Origin: Caldisericaceae bacterium
Lineage (GTDB): Bacteria; Caldisericota; Caldisericia; Caldisericales; Caldisericaceae
Length of the DNA: 42,419 bases
Direction of reading: 5' to 3'
NCBI GenBank assembly: GCA_049967855.1
Contig: JBMFRX010000012.1
Location: 1 to 42,419 of the forward strand
Each line of letters opens with the position of its first letter. Position 1 is the stretch's first letter. This document shows positions 28,562 through 36,681 of the stretch, one piece after another. Under the pieces are notes generated by a model. That model made no database searches and was not told the DNA's origin. It worked only from the letters and a program-made list of their open reading frames with translations. Both the position numbers and the translations under genes were made by a program.

Positions 28562-29073
28562 TCTCCAAGCACCTTCCTCTGGTTCTCTCTGTAAAAATCA
28601 TAGTTCTCTTTGTATCTCTTATAACCGTCTGCTTTGCCTGTATCTATAAGCTCCATAAGATGTTTGAAAGAGTGGATTATTGCTTCAGGTCTCGGCATGC
28701 AACCTGCAATGTAAAGGTCAACAGGAATGTAAGGGTCGAGCTTCTTAATCACAGAGTGCGAATCCCAATATACTCCTCCATTGATTGTGCAAGAACCAAA
28801 ACCAATAACATACTTCGGATCAAGCATCTGCTCGTAGGTAGTTACAATCCTCCTCAGTGTTTTGATATTCACATATCCTGTTACAATGAGAATATCAGAC
28901 TGCCTTGGCGTAACATAAGGCACAATTCCAAATCTCTCCATATCATAACGAGATGTCATCGTCGGGGGAAGTTCAACTGCGCCGCATCCTGTGCAGTAGT
29001 GCAGCATAAACAACGACCTCTTCCTCAAAGACTCCAATAGCTCGTTGTAACCTTGTTCAATATCTTTTTCCAC
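28552..29073 (-). CDS. mbxJ: Mbx/MBS subunit J (NuoB-like, [4Fe-4S])
   Basis: CTGCGAVELPP, RYDMERFG, PRQSD, GSCTINGG, GCMPRPEA. Probable GTG start at 29073 after GGAGG; the ORF track starts at 29085. Confidence 0.88.
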   Translation of the reverse strand: MEKDIEQGYNELLESLRKRSLFMLHYCTGCGAVELPPTMTSRYDMERFGIVPYVTPRQSDILIVTGYVNIKTLRRIVTTYEQMLDPKYVIGFGSCTINGGVYWDSHSVIKKLDPYIPVDLYIAGCMPRPEAIIHSFKHLMELIDTGKADGYKRYKENYDFYRENQRKVLGEWR

Positions 29074-29074
29074 A

Positions 29075-29965
29075 TTATCCTCCAATCATAACAATTAAAA
29101 GGCCTATCAATGCAAAAACTGTGGGCCATCTCCAGAAGAATCTTACAGCGTTCTCTATCCTGAACCTTGGGTAAACCGTATCAAAGAAAGTGAGCAAAAT
29201 AAGCAGCCCAAAAATCTTCAAGAAGAAATAAAGCAAATTCGACGCTCCACCAAGGAAGAGATCGGTAAAAAGAGCAAGTTCTATATAAATGTGGAACGCA
29301 TGGTCAATCATCAGAAACCCGAGATGTTTCCCACCATACTCTACCATAGGGCCAGTTGCAACTTCCTGAGGTGCAACAACAACTTCAAAAGGATGTTCGC
29401 CCATTGCTCCATAAGTAGCTATAAATGCCACTATGGCTGTTATTGGCATAAGGAAGGCTCCCCAGTTCAAACCATTCTGCGCTGCAACAATATCATAAAT
29501 GTTTGATGTGTTGAATTTCAGAATCACAGTTGAAAGAGCTATTACAAAAGGGAGGTCGTAGCCAAGCATAAGCGTGAGAGCTCTTGCTATTCCTATGCTT
29601 GCGTTGGGATTTGCTGCCTCTCCTGCACCAAGCGCCATTGCAAGAGAGCCAATTACCATAATGTACAGTAAAGCAATTAGGTCTGCGGATGAAGATAGAA
29701 GTCTAAAACCAGGAATCGGAATAAAAAACACAGTCAGTATAGAGGCTGAGAGAGCAAGCACAGGACCAAGGTCATACATAACACCGTGTGAAATGTTATC
29801 CTTCTTCGCAAGAAGTTTAATAATGTCAAGCAATGGCTGAATTATAGGCGGTCCATACCTACGCTGAATACGGGCAACCATCTTGCGCTTAAAACCCTCT
29901 AAGAAGATACCAACCAAGAAAGCAAACAATGGAACTAAAACTGCAAGCAGAATCTTTTCTACCAT
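29075..29965 (-). CDS. mbxM: Mbx/MBS subunit M (NuoH-like membrane anchor)
   Basis: RKMVARIQRRYGPP...QPLLDIIKLL, PF...APQE...GPMVEYGG, PRFRI. Confidence 0.9.
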   Translation of the reverse strand: MVEKILLAVLVPLFAFLVGIFLEGFKRKMVARIQRRYGPPIIQPLLDIIKLLAKKDNISHGVMYDLGPVLALSASILTVFFIPIPGFRLLSSSADLIALLYIMVIGSLAMALGAGEAANPNASIGIARALTLMLGYDLPFVIALSTVILKFNTSNIYDIVAAQNGLNWGAFLMPITAIVAFIATYGAMGEHPFEVVVAPQEVATGPMVEYGGKHLGFLMIDHAFHIYIELALFTDLFLGGASNLLYFFLKIFGLLILLTFFDTVYPRFRIENAVRFFWRWPTVFALIGLLIVMIGG

Positions 29966-31839
29966 ATTCTACCTCCTAAAGCCACAACCGCAAAGATAAT
30001 AGTCATAATTACAACAAGATAAGAAACATATGTCTCAAGGTCTCCTGTATAGACACGTCTCAAATGGTCACCCAAAACCTTCGCAAACCTTGTAAAAGAA
30101 TTATAAATAGAATCGGCACTCCACTTAAATATGGGGTTCATAACATCTCTGAAGAAGCTGTAAAAACCAAAACTATAGTTGTATTTGGTATCTTTTGTAA
30201 CTACTTGCCCTGCAGCATAATTGTCGTATTGAGAAATTTTGCGAGCCTTAGGAAGAAGCATAAACAGAACAAAGGCAAATACAAAAGCTCCTACAAGAGT
30301 ACCTGAAATCTTAACAATATTGATTGTTGAAAGCCCTGTACCTTGGGGGAAACCAGTTAAAGTAAATTGGACAGGATTCATTCCAATGAATTGTTCTACT
30401 TTGGCAACTACCGTAAGCGGGATTCCTGGAAATACTCCAAATACTATGGTAAGCAATGCAAGCAGTATCATTGGAATCTGCATAAGCACGGGGACTTCCT
30501 TAACATCATTGTACTTTTCAGGAAGGCTTCCAAGAAAAACTGAATGAATGAGCCTGTAAACATACAGGAAAGAACCTGTTCCGCCAATAAGAGCAATCGT
30601 AAGGAGCAAAACGCTCTTTTTTTCCAGCAAAGCCTGATATATCATCCATTTAGAAGCAAAACCATTAAGCGGTGGTATGCCTGCAAGGGCAATAATGCCA
30701 AGAAGCATCGCTATGAATGATACGGGCATTTTCTTTATTAGCCCGCCTAGTTCTGAAAGGTTTTTCGTTCCTGTCCTGTACATAACTGCGCCAACCACAA
30801 AGAACAGAAGAGCTTTAAAAATAGCATGGTTAACAAGTTGAAGCAGTCCACCAGCGATACCAAGCGTTGAATTCAGTGAAAGACCCAACACAACATATCC
30901 AACCTGCGCAATTGTAGAGTATGCAAGAATTCTTTTTGCATCTTCCTGGAGAATAGCAAGGAACGTTCCAAACAATATTGAAAGTCCTGCCATCCACTGC
31001 AGAATTACGAGTATAATCGAATCTCCAAAAATGGAAGGTATTATTCCCTTGAAAAGATTTGCCCCAAAAATGATGAAAGTAAAAATAAACAACCCATACA
31101 CACCCAACTTCACAAGCACTCCAGAAAGAATTGCAGATACAGGGGTTGGAGCTTCAGAGTGTGCATCGGGAAGCCATGTGTGAAGAGGCATAACAGCTGC
31201 TTTTATCAGGAAATTAACTGCAAAAAGAACAAAGATTGAAATTATGAAAGCAGGGCTTTGGGAAGATAACATCAAAGAGATGTTTGCAAAAACAAAGCTC
31301 TGCGCCTTGAGGTAAATAAGAACAAGTCCAATTAAAGCTGAATTTGCACCAATCAGGCTCATAATAATGTATTTATATCCTGCCTCTTTTGAGTCTTCTG
31401 TCCCTTTTATGATGAGGAAGTAAGACAACCACGACATCATTTCCCAGAAAACAAAGAACGTAAGAACGTCGCCTGCAAGAACAATTCCAATCATAGATCC
31501 TTCAAGCAACAAGAGTTCAAGATAGTAAGCATTGACATTCTTTAAATCTTCCATTTCAGGAACAGAGAAAAGGACACTCATTAGGAAGATTGTAGAAATT
31601 ACTATCAAAAGAAGCCAGCTTATCGGATTCATCTGAAAAACAAGAAGAGAGCCAAAAATACGACCATAGACAAGACTGTCTATCTTTGAAGCATAGTAGC
31701 CTGAAGCAATTACAACGGTAAGGATTGAAAAAAGAATTGCGAATGCAAAACGGACGCTCTTATTAATCAAGCCCCCAAGATATGTAAGCACTCCGCCGAC
31801 AAAAGGCGTAAAAAGTAACGTTAGAAGAGAGAAATTCAT
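29959..31839 (-). CDS. Mbx/MBS subunit H' (long antiporter-like subunit, NuoL/MrpA/D family)
   Basis: FFVFWEMMS, PLHTWLPDAHSEAPTPVSAILSG, KRILAYST, NHAIFK, GIPPLNGFASK; C-terminal lateral helix/TM extension. Confidence 0.88.
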   Translation of the reverse strand: MNFSLLTLLFTPFVGGVLTYLGGLINKSVRFAFAILFSILTVVIASGYYASKIDSLVYGRIFGSLLVFQMNPISWLLLIVISTIFLMSVLFSVPEMEDLKNVNAYYLELLLLEGSMIGIVLAGDVLTFFVFWEMMSWLSYFLIIKGTEDSKEAGYKYIIMSLIGANSALIGLVLIYLKAQSFVFANISLMLSSQSPAFIISIFVLFAVNFLIKAAVMPLHTWLPDAHSEAPTPVSAILSGVLVKLGVYGLFIFTFIIFGANLFKGIIPSIFGDSIILVILQWMAGLSILFGTFLAILQEDAKRILAYSTIAQVGYVVLGLSLNSTLGIAGGLLQLVNHAIFKALLFFVVGAVMYRTGTKNLSELGGLIKKMPVSFIAMLLGIIALAGIPPLNGFASKWMIYQALLEKKSVLLLTIALIGGTGSFLYVYRLIHSVFLGSLPEKYNDVKEVPVLMQIPMILLALLTIVFGVFPGIPLTVVAKVEQFIGMNPVQFTLTGFPQGTGLSTINIVKISGTLVGAFVFAFVLFMLLPKARKISQYDNYAAGQVVTKDTKYNYSFGFYSFFRDVMNPIFKWSADSIYNSFTRFAKVLGDHLRRVYTGDLETYVSYLVVIMTIIFAVVALGGRIW

Positions 31840-33326
31840 CTTATACCACCTCCTAAAACCGCTTCAAGATAGTAACCGCGGTTAACTAACTGCGAGGCAA
31901 TAGACTTTGTAAAGGAAAGCGTTTGCTGCGGGAAAATACTTACGATAATAAGTATCAGGGCAAGAGCAATAATTGGCAAAAGTAATCCTTTGTTTTCAAC
32001 AAAAGTATTCTCTCGCTCATCTCTCGTGTATAAAGTCTTGATAACTCTGAAGAAATAAGCAGCCTCAACAAGCGACATTGAAACCACAAGGACAAGGTAA
32101 AAAACATTAATGAAATTCATATTGTAGACAATCGACAGAAGCACATTTAACTTGCTCTCAAATCCAAAGAAAGGTGGCAAACCAATCAGCGAAAGAGCCC
32201 CAACAACGAAAAGAGCTGAAAGAACTTTCATCTTGTAACCTAAACCTTTCAAGCTTTCTATTTCACGAGAGTTAGTCTGCAATATGAAAGCGCCAGCAAT
32301 TAAGAATAGCATAGACTTTGAGATGGAGTGATTTATTATCTGAGCAAATGAGGCACCGATAGCACCTTCAGAACCAATCGAAAAGGCAAGAAATATAAGC
32401 CCTGTCTGCCCGATTGTAGAGTAAGCAAGCATTCTCTTTATATCTTTCTGAAAGAAAGCTGAAACTTCTCCAAAGAAAAGTGTTAATACAGCAAAAACAG
32501 AAAGGAAAGGGACAATTGCATAGAAATTAAAAATCGTCACAGTAACCCTGATTATGCCGTATATTGATGCGGTCGTCATAATGCCAGATAGTATAGCCGA
32601 AACACCGCTTGGAGCTGCAGGATGTGCATCAGGCAACCAGGCGTTTAGAGGAAATAGGGCTCCTTCAACTGCTAGCCCAAGGAATATAAAAGTAAAAGGC
32701 ACGAGTTTTTGGAGGAAAGTGAAAGCTGCAATTTTGGTAGCAATATCAGCCATATTAAGGGTACCAGTTGCGGCATACAAAAGAACAATTCCTATAAGAA
32801 GAAGCATTCCTGCTAAAATACCAAGCACAAGATATTTAAAACCAGCCTCAGCAGCATCCTTGTCCCGCTCAAAACCTACCAGGCCGAAAGCCGCAATCGA
32901 GGTAACTTCAAAGGCAACAAACAGGTTGAAGAGATCGCCTGTTATGCTTATCCAGGTTATTCCACCAATAAGCAGAATAAAAAGAGAGTAAAACTTCGAA
33001 TCTCGCTCACCCTTGATATAAAAAATATTGTAAACGGAAACAATCAAACCAAGAGTAGTTGCAATAACTGCAATTAAGAAACTTAACTTATCCATAGCCA
33101 TATTAATTGATAGTGGCGGGTTTAATCCAGCAGTTTTTGAAATAACAATTCCAGGATTGTTTATCACTGCACTTCCATTCATATACAAAACAAAGGCATT
33201 AACCAGAAATGCAAGTAGAGGAAAAAATTTCACTGCCTTTTTATAAAAACCAGAAAAAACAGTGGCAAGGAAAGCAAAAAATAGAGGTGAAGCAACAAGT
33301 AGTGTTAAATCATTCAAGTTTACCAT
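31836..33326 (-). CDS. mbxH: Mbx/MBS subunit H (MrpD-like antiporter subunit)
   Basis: GDLFNLFVAFEV, WLPDAHPAAP, KRMLAYST, GLPPFFGF. Confidence 0.88.
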   Translation of the reverse strand: MVNLNDLTLLVASPLFFAFLATVFSGFYKKAVKFFPLLAFLVNAFVLYMNGSAVINNPGIVISKTAGLNPPLSINMAMDKLSFLIAVIATTLGLIVSVYNIFYIKGERDSKFYSLFILLIGGITWISITGDLFNLFVAFEVTSIAAFGLVGFERDKDAAEAGFKYLVLGILAGMLLLIGIVLLYAATGTLNMADIATKIAAFTFLQKLVPFTFIFLGLAVEGALFPLNAWLPDAHPAAPSGVSAILSGIMTTASIYGIIRVTVTIFNFYAIVPFLSVFAVLTLFFGEVSAFFQKDIKRMLAYSTIGQTGLIFLAFSIGSEGAIGASFAQIINHSISKSMLFLIAGAFILQTNSREIESLKGLGYKMKVLSALFVVGALSLIGLPPFFGFESKLNVLLSIVYNMNFINVFYLVLVVSMSLVEAAYFFRVIKTLYTRDERENTFVENKGLLLPIIALALILIIVSIFPQQTLSFTKSIASQLVNRGYYLEAVLGGGIR

Positions 33327-33658
33327 CTCAGACTCCTTATCTTTCTGATATCAAGCGTGCCATAATGTTTGTAAACAAGGACCACAAACGCAGCAGCAAG
33401 AGCAAGCTCAGAAGCTCCAATTACAATCGATGTAAGAGTCAACGCCTGAGGAACCGCATCCACCATCATTGAGGCAGAAATCCCCCTAGAAAATATTGGA
33501 GCAGTGCCATCTTTTACATAACCAATACTCACTATCAGAACGTTAACGCCAGTCTCAATAAGGTCTAACCCAATAATTATTTTTATAAGATTCTTCTTAA
33601 TGATTATGGCGTATAGCCCGATAGCAATGAGAACAAGTCCAGTTGCATAAAAAATCAT
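33320..33658 (-). CDS. mbxG: Mbx/MBS subunit G (MrpC/NuoK-like)
   Basis: NLIKIIIGL, TAPI, VPQALTLTSIVIG. Confidence 0.9.
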   Translation of the reverse strand: MIFYATGLVLIAIGLYAIIIKKNLIKIIIGLDLIETGVNVLIVSIGYVKDGTAPIFSRGISASMMVDAVPQALTLTSIVIGASELALAAAFVVLVYKHYGTLDIRKIRSLRW

Positions 33659-34374
33659 TATTGTTCACCCCCAATTTCCTCATCAGGAGAAAAGAGATCG
33701 TCGATAATCCCCGAAAACTCAGAAGCAACTTTAACTCCAACTGCTATGTAAAGAGGAAGAAGAATTCCTGCACTTAATATGTATCCTGGTGTACCAAGCG
33801 GCAGGAAATTATAAAGAAACGAGTGCGAAGGGCTGAACAAGCCAATTATTCCAAGAACAACATAAGTAAGTCCAGCAAGTCCTTCAGTCACAAGGAGTAT
33901 ATTTCTTCCAACGTGGATTTCAGGATTTGCAAGATAAAGCATCAAAACTCCTGAGGCAATAATTGCTCCGCCCTGGAAACCTCCGCCTGGGGTCAGGTGG
34001 CCATGAAGTATAATGTACACTCCAAAGAGCACTATAAAAGGAAAAATGATCCTTGAGCCTATTCTAACAATGAAATTAGGCTGACTTTTATTGCTTTTCC
34101 TTTTTTTCTTCTCATCGTCAGTAAGATAAAACACCAAGGACACGCCTGTAGCTGCCGCAAATAAAACTGTGACTTCCCCAAGAGTATCAAAACCACGATA
34201 CTCCAATGTAACAGAAGTTACAACATTTTCTGCACCAGTCTCTTTAACGGTATTATCAAGGTAATACTGCCCCACGCCTATTTTGTTTTGTCCAAATGGA
34301 AACGCCACAAGAAACATAAGTACCACTGCAACAATGAGTGCCAAAAAGACGGAATAAAATATCGAACGTATCAT
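33658..34374 (-). CDS. Mbx/MBS subunit E (MbhE+MbhF/MrpB fusion)
   Basis: NVVTSV...YRGFDTLGE followed by HGHLTPGGGFQGG. Confidence 0.88.
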   Translation of the reverse strand: MIRSIFYSVFLALIVAVVLMFLVAFPFGQNKIGVGQYYLDNTVKETGAENVVTSVTLEYRGFDTLGEVTVLFAAATGVSLVFYLTDDEKKKRKSNKSQPNFIVRIGSRIIFPFIVLFGVYIILHGHLTPGGGFQGGAIIASGVLMLYLANPEIHVGRNILLVTEGLAGLTYVVLGIIGLFSPSHSFLYNFLPLGTPGYILSAGILLPLYIAVGVKVASEFSGIIDDLFSPDEEIGGEQ

Positions 34375-34610
34375 TTCTCACTCCTTTCGGTTTTCTTTAC
34401 CACTAAAATGTAAATTGCCATTGTAAGAGCAGCACCGATTGAGGCCTCAGACATAGCAACATCTGGAGCCTGTAGAAAGAGAAATAATATGGACACAATT
34501 AGGCTTGAAGCTCCCATAAGAATAACAGCTGCAAGCAAATCTTTTAGATGCACTGAAAGGATTGCAAAAATAACTGTCAACAGAATTAGAAACCAAGCAA
34601 GATAAATCAT
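34371..34610 (-). CDS. mbxD: Mbx/MBS subunit D (MbhD/DUF4040-like)
   Basis: DLLAAVI...LQAPDVAMSEASIGAAL; 3 TM segments. Confidence 0.88.
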   Translation of the reverse strand: MIYLAWFLILLTVIFAILSVHLKDLLAAVILMGASSLIVSILFLFLQAPDVAMSEASIGAALTMAIYILVVKKTERSEK

Positions 34611-34939
34611 TCTTCGCCACCTTTTTGAAAATCTTCGGTCTTGTCGACAACTGTTAACGGCGATATCGGAGACTTTGCCTTGTAAGATGCCTTAAGAAGA
34701 GCGCTTCCGCTTATTGGAGCGGTAAGCAGAATAAAAAATGCCGTTACAAGACATTTCAAGAGCCACGATGGATTCAACACGCCAACTCCAAGGACAGAAA
34801 AAAATACCCCGAGAGTCGTTGACTTTGTCGCAGCTTGCATACGGGTATACACATCAGGAAGCCTTAAAAGGCCTATTGATGACACAAGCAAGAAAAAAGC
34901 TCCCAGATAAAGGAGCACATAGCCTGAAATTAATCTCAT
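34607..34939 (-). CDS. mbxC: Mbx/MBS subunit C (MrpG-like)
   Basis: GLLRLPDVYTRMQAATKSTTLG, LTAP. Confidence 0.9.
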   Translation of the reverse strand: MRLISGYVLLYLGAFFLLVSSIGLLRLPDVYTRMQAATKSTTLGVFFSVLGVGVLNPSWLLKCLVTAFFILLTAPISGSALLKASYKAKSPISPLTVVDKTEDFQKGGEE

Positions 34940-35197
34940 TCAAACCCCCTTCTCAAGAAATCTTGCAATCACAAGAATGCCTATAAATGAAAGGACAGCA
35001 TATACAAGTGCAACATCAATGTAGATACCACGGTCAAATACGAACGCAAAGAAAATGAACAATGCAACAGAAGCTGTTGTCATAACGTCTAATGCCATTG
35101 CCCTATTTGACGTGTCAGGTCCTTTGAGCATTCTTAATGTAGTAAGCACCAGTGAAATTGCAACTACCAGAACATAGATTAAGTTTAGTGATGTCAT
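34940..35197 (-). CDS. mbxB: Mbx/MBS subunit B (MrpF-like)
   Basis: RMLKGP...RAMALD, DVALVYAVLSFIG...ARFLE. Confidence 0.9.
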   Translation of the reverse strand: MTSLNLIYVLVVAISLVLTTLRMLKGPDTSNRAMALDVMTTASVALFIFFAFVFDRGIYIDVALVYAVLSFIGILVIARFLEKGV

Positions 35198-35697
35198 CCG
35201 AAAATCACCTCCAAGAATTTTTCAAACGGGTGCACTATGCTGCTCGTTGCACCTTCCACTGTAGCATCTTTAACATAAATCCAGTGCACTAGTACCTCGT
35301 CCCCAGAAATATCGGCAGTGATAGTTCCAGGAGTAAGCGTGATTGAATTTGCAAGGCCAAGTTTGCCTGAATCAGTTTTGAGATTTGTTTTTGCAATTAC
35401 AAAGCCTGGTTTAATTGGCAGAGAGGGCGAAAGAACACGATAAACGACATCAAGGTTTGCAACAATTACCTGGTAAAAGTAATAAGGAATGTAAACAAGG
35501 AAGTAGAGGATTTTTTTGGGAGCAAGATGAACAAGTCCACGCTCTGTAAATAGCTTGTAAGTTCCGATTGCTACGCCAACTGCAACAGCAATTCCAAAAA
35601 CAATCTCCTGAGTTTCAGTCGACGCAGTAACTGCAATCCAAACTGCAAGAAGAACAATAAAAGTAAAGAAAAAAAGGCTTAATTTGTTACTCTTCAT
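35194..35697 (-). CDS. mbxA: Mbx/MBS subunit A (MrpE-like)
   Basis: ANLDV, PIKPG, LANSITLTPGT, VHW; first gene of the operon. Confidence 0.9.
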   Translation of the reverse strand: MKSNKLSLFFFTFIVLLAVWIAVTASTETQEIVFGIAVAVGVAIGTYKLFTERGLVHLAPKKILYFLVYIPYYFYQVIVANLDVVYRVLSPSLPIKPGFVIAKTNLKTDSGKLGLANSITLTPGTITADISGDEVLVHWIYVKDATVEGATSSIVHPFEKFLEVIFG

Positions 35698-35717
35698 TTT
35701 TCACCACCTTTCGGCAT

Positions 35718-35745
35718 ATTTTAGCAAAATTAAAATATTAGTCAA
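35718..35745 (-). promoter_or_regulatory. Sigma70-type promoter of the Mbx/MBS operon
   Basis: Minus strand reads TTGACT-N13-TGC-TAAAAT (-35, 16-nt spacer, extended -10), about 20 nt upstream of the first ATG. Confidence 0.65.
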
Positions 35746-35897
35746 TTGATTTATTTCACAAAATAAACAATTAGTTTGAGAGAACGCAAATACAAGTATA
35801 AATCAAATGGAAGTTTTTGTCATACCATAGAGCTATACTTTTTGGAAAAAGATACATTACTTTTTTTATTTATATGTGAAATTTTTCTTATAAACTA

Positions 35898-35925
35898 TTG
35901 CAATTTTTAAATATTTGTATATACT
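35898..35925 (+). promoter_or_regulatory. Putative promoter of the arsR-ahpD unit
   Basis: TTGCAA-N16-TATACT. The palindrome GTATATAC (35917-35924) overlaps the -10. Confidence 0.45.
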
Positions 35926-35932
35926 AAGTATT

Positions 35933-36295
35933 GTGAAAAAAGATAGAATACTTTTGTGTGATGATTATAAGAAGTGTTTACAGGCTTCTGAATTCCTAAC
36001 AGTGTTAGGCAACCCCGCACGTGTTGCAATTGTGTGTTATTTAACAACAGGCGAAAAAACTGTTACAGAAATTAGCAAGAAAACCAAGTTGAGCCAGGGA
36101 ACTGCTTCGCTTCACCTTGGAAGGCTTTACTCCTCAGGATGGGTCAACAGAAGAAGAGAAGGAAGATTGGTTTATTACTCTATCAAGAACGATTTAATTG
36201 TTGATCTCCTTACGAAAGTTGGAGATATGTTTATAAAACAAAATAAAAAGAAAGGAGATGTCCAAAATGTCAGACATGAAGCAGATGTACGATGA
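35933..36295 (+). CDS. ArsR/SmtB family transcriptional regulator (BigR/SqrR-like helix-2 Cys)
   Basis: LGNPARVAIVCYL...EKTVTEI...LSQGTASLHLGRL...GWV...REGRLVYYSI winged HTH. Start uncertain (35915, 35933 GTG or 35954). Confidence 0.88.
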   Translation: MKKDRILLCDDYKKCLQASEFLTVLGNPARVAIVCYLTTGEKTVTEISKKTKLSQGTASLHLGRLYSSGWVNRRREGRLVYYSIKNDLIVDLLTKVGDMFIKQNKKKGDVQNVRHEADVR

Positions 36296-36608
36296 TTTTA
36301 TGCAAACTGCAAAACAAATTGCAGGAGTTGACAAGGGTTATTTTGATTCAGTTATGGGCTTAATTAAAGAGGCTGAAAAGCCAGGCGCTCTTTCCACCAA
36401 AGAAAAAGAACTCATTTCAGTTGCATTGGGAATTGCTGCTCACTGTGCATATTGCATTGCACTGCATGTAAAGAACTCCATTGATGCTGGTGCAACAAGA
36501 CAGGAAATTATGGAAGCATCATTTGTTGCAGGTCTTATGGGCGGTGGACCTTCTATTGCCTATATTCGTCTTGTAATTGATGCTTGCGACCAGTTTGGTG
36601 CAAAGTAA
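36267..36608 (+). CDS. Carboxymuconolactone decarboxylase/AhpD-like alkylhydroperoxidase
   Basis: GALSTKEKELI...HCAYCIALH...GATRQEIME (CxxC plus His). Start at 36267 fits AAGGAG spacing; the ORF track starts at 36258. Confidence 0.9.
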   Translation: MSDMKQMYDDFMQTAKQIAGVDKGYFDSVMGLIKEAEKPGALSTKEKELISVALGIAAHCAYCIALHVKNSIDAGATRQEIMEASFVAGLMGGGPSIAYIRLVIDACDQFGAK

Positions 36609-36623
36609 ATTTACCTTAAATCT

Positions 36624-36648
36624 GGGGGAGGTAACTCCCCCTTTTTTT
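36624..36648 (+). terminator. Rho-independent terminator
   Basis: GGGGGAG-GTAA-CTCCCCC followed by T7. Confidence 0.85.
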
Positions 36649-36681
36649 AAGTTTGTTTGTATAATTTAGTGGAGGTAAAAA

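Noticed and set aside
25131..35697. Canonical complex I (nuo) or stand-alone Mrp antiporter
   Set aside because: No NuoA/E/F/G/J genes. Mrp E/F/G/B/C-type genes are joined with NuoB/C/D/H/I homologues in Mbx order.
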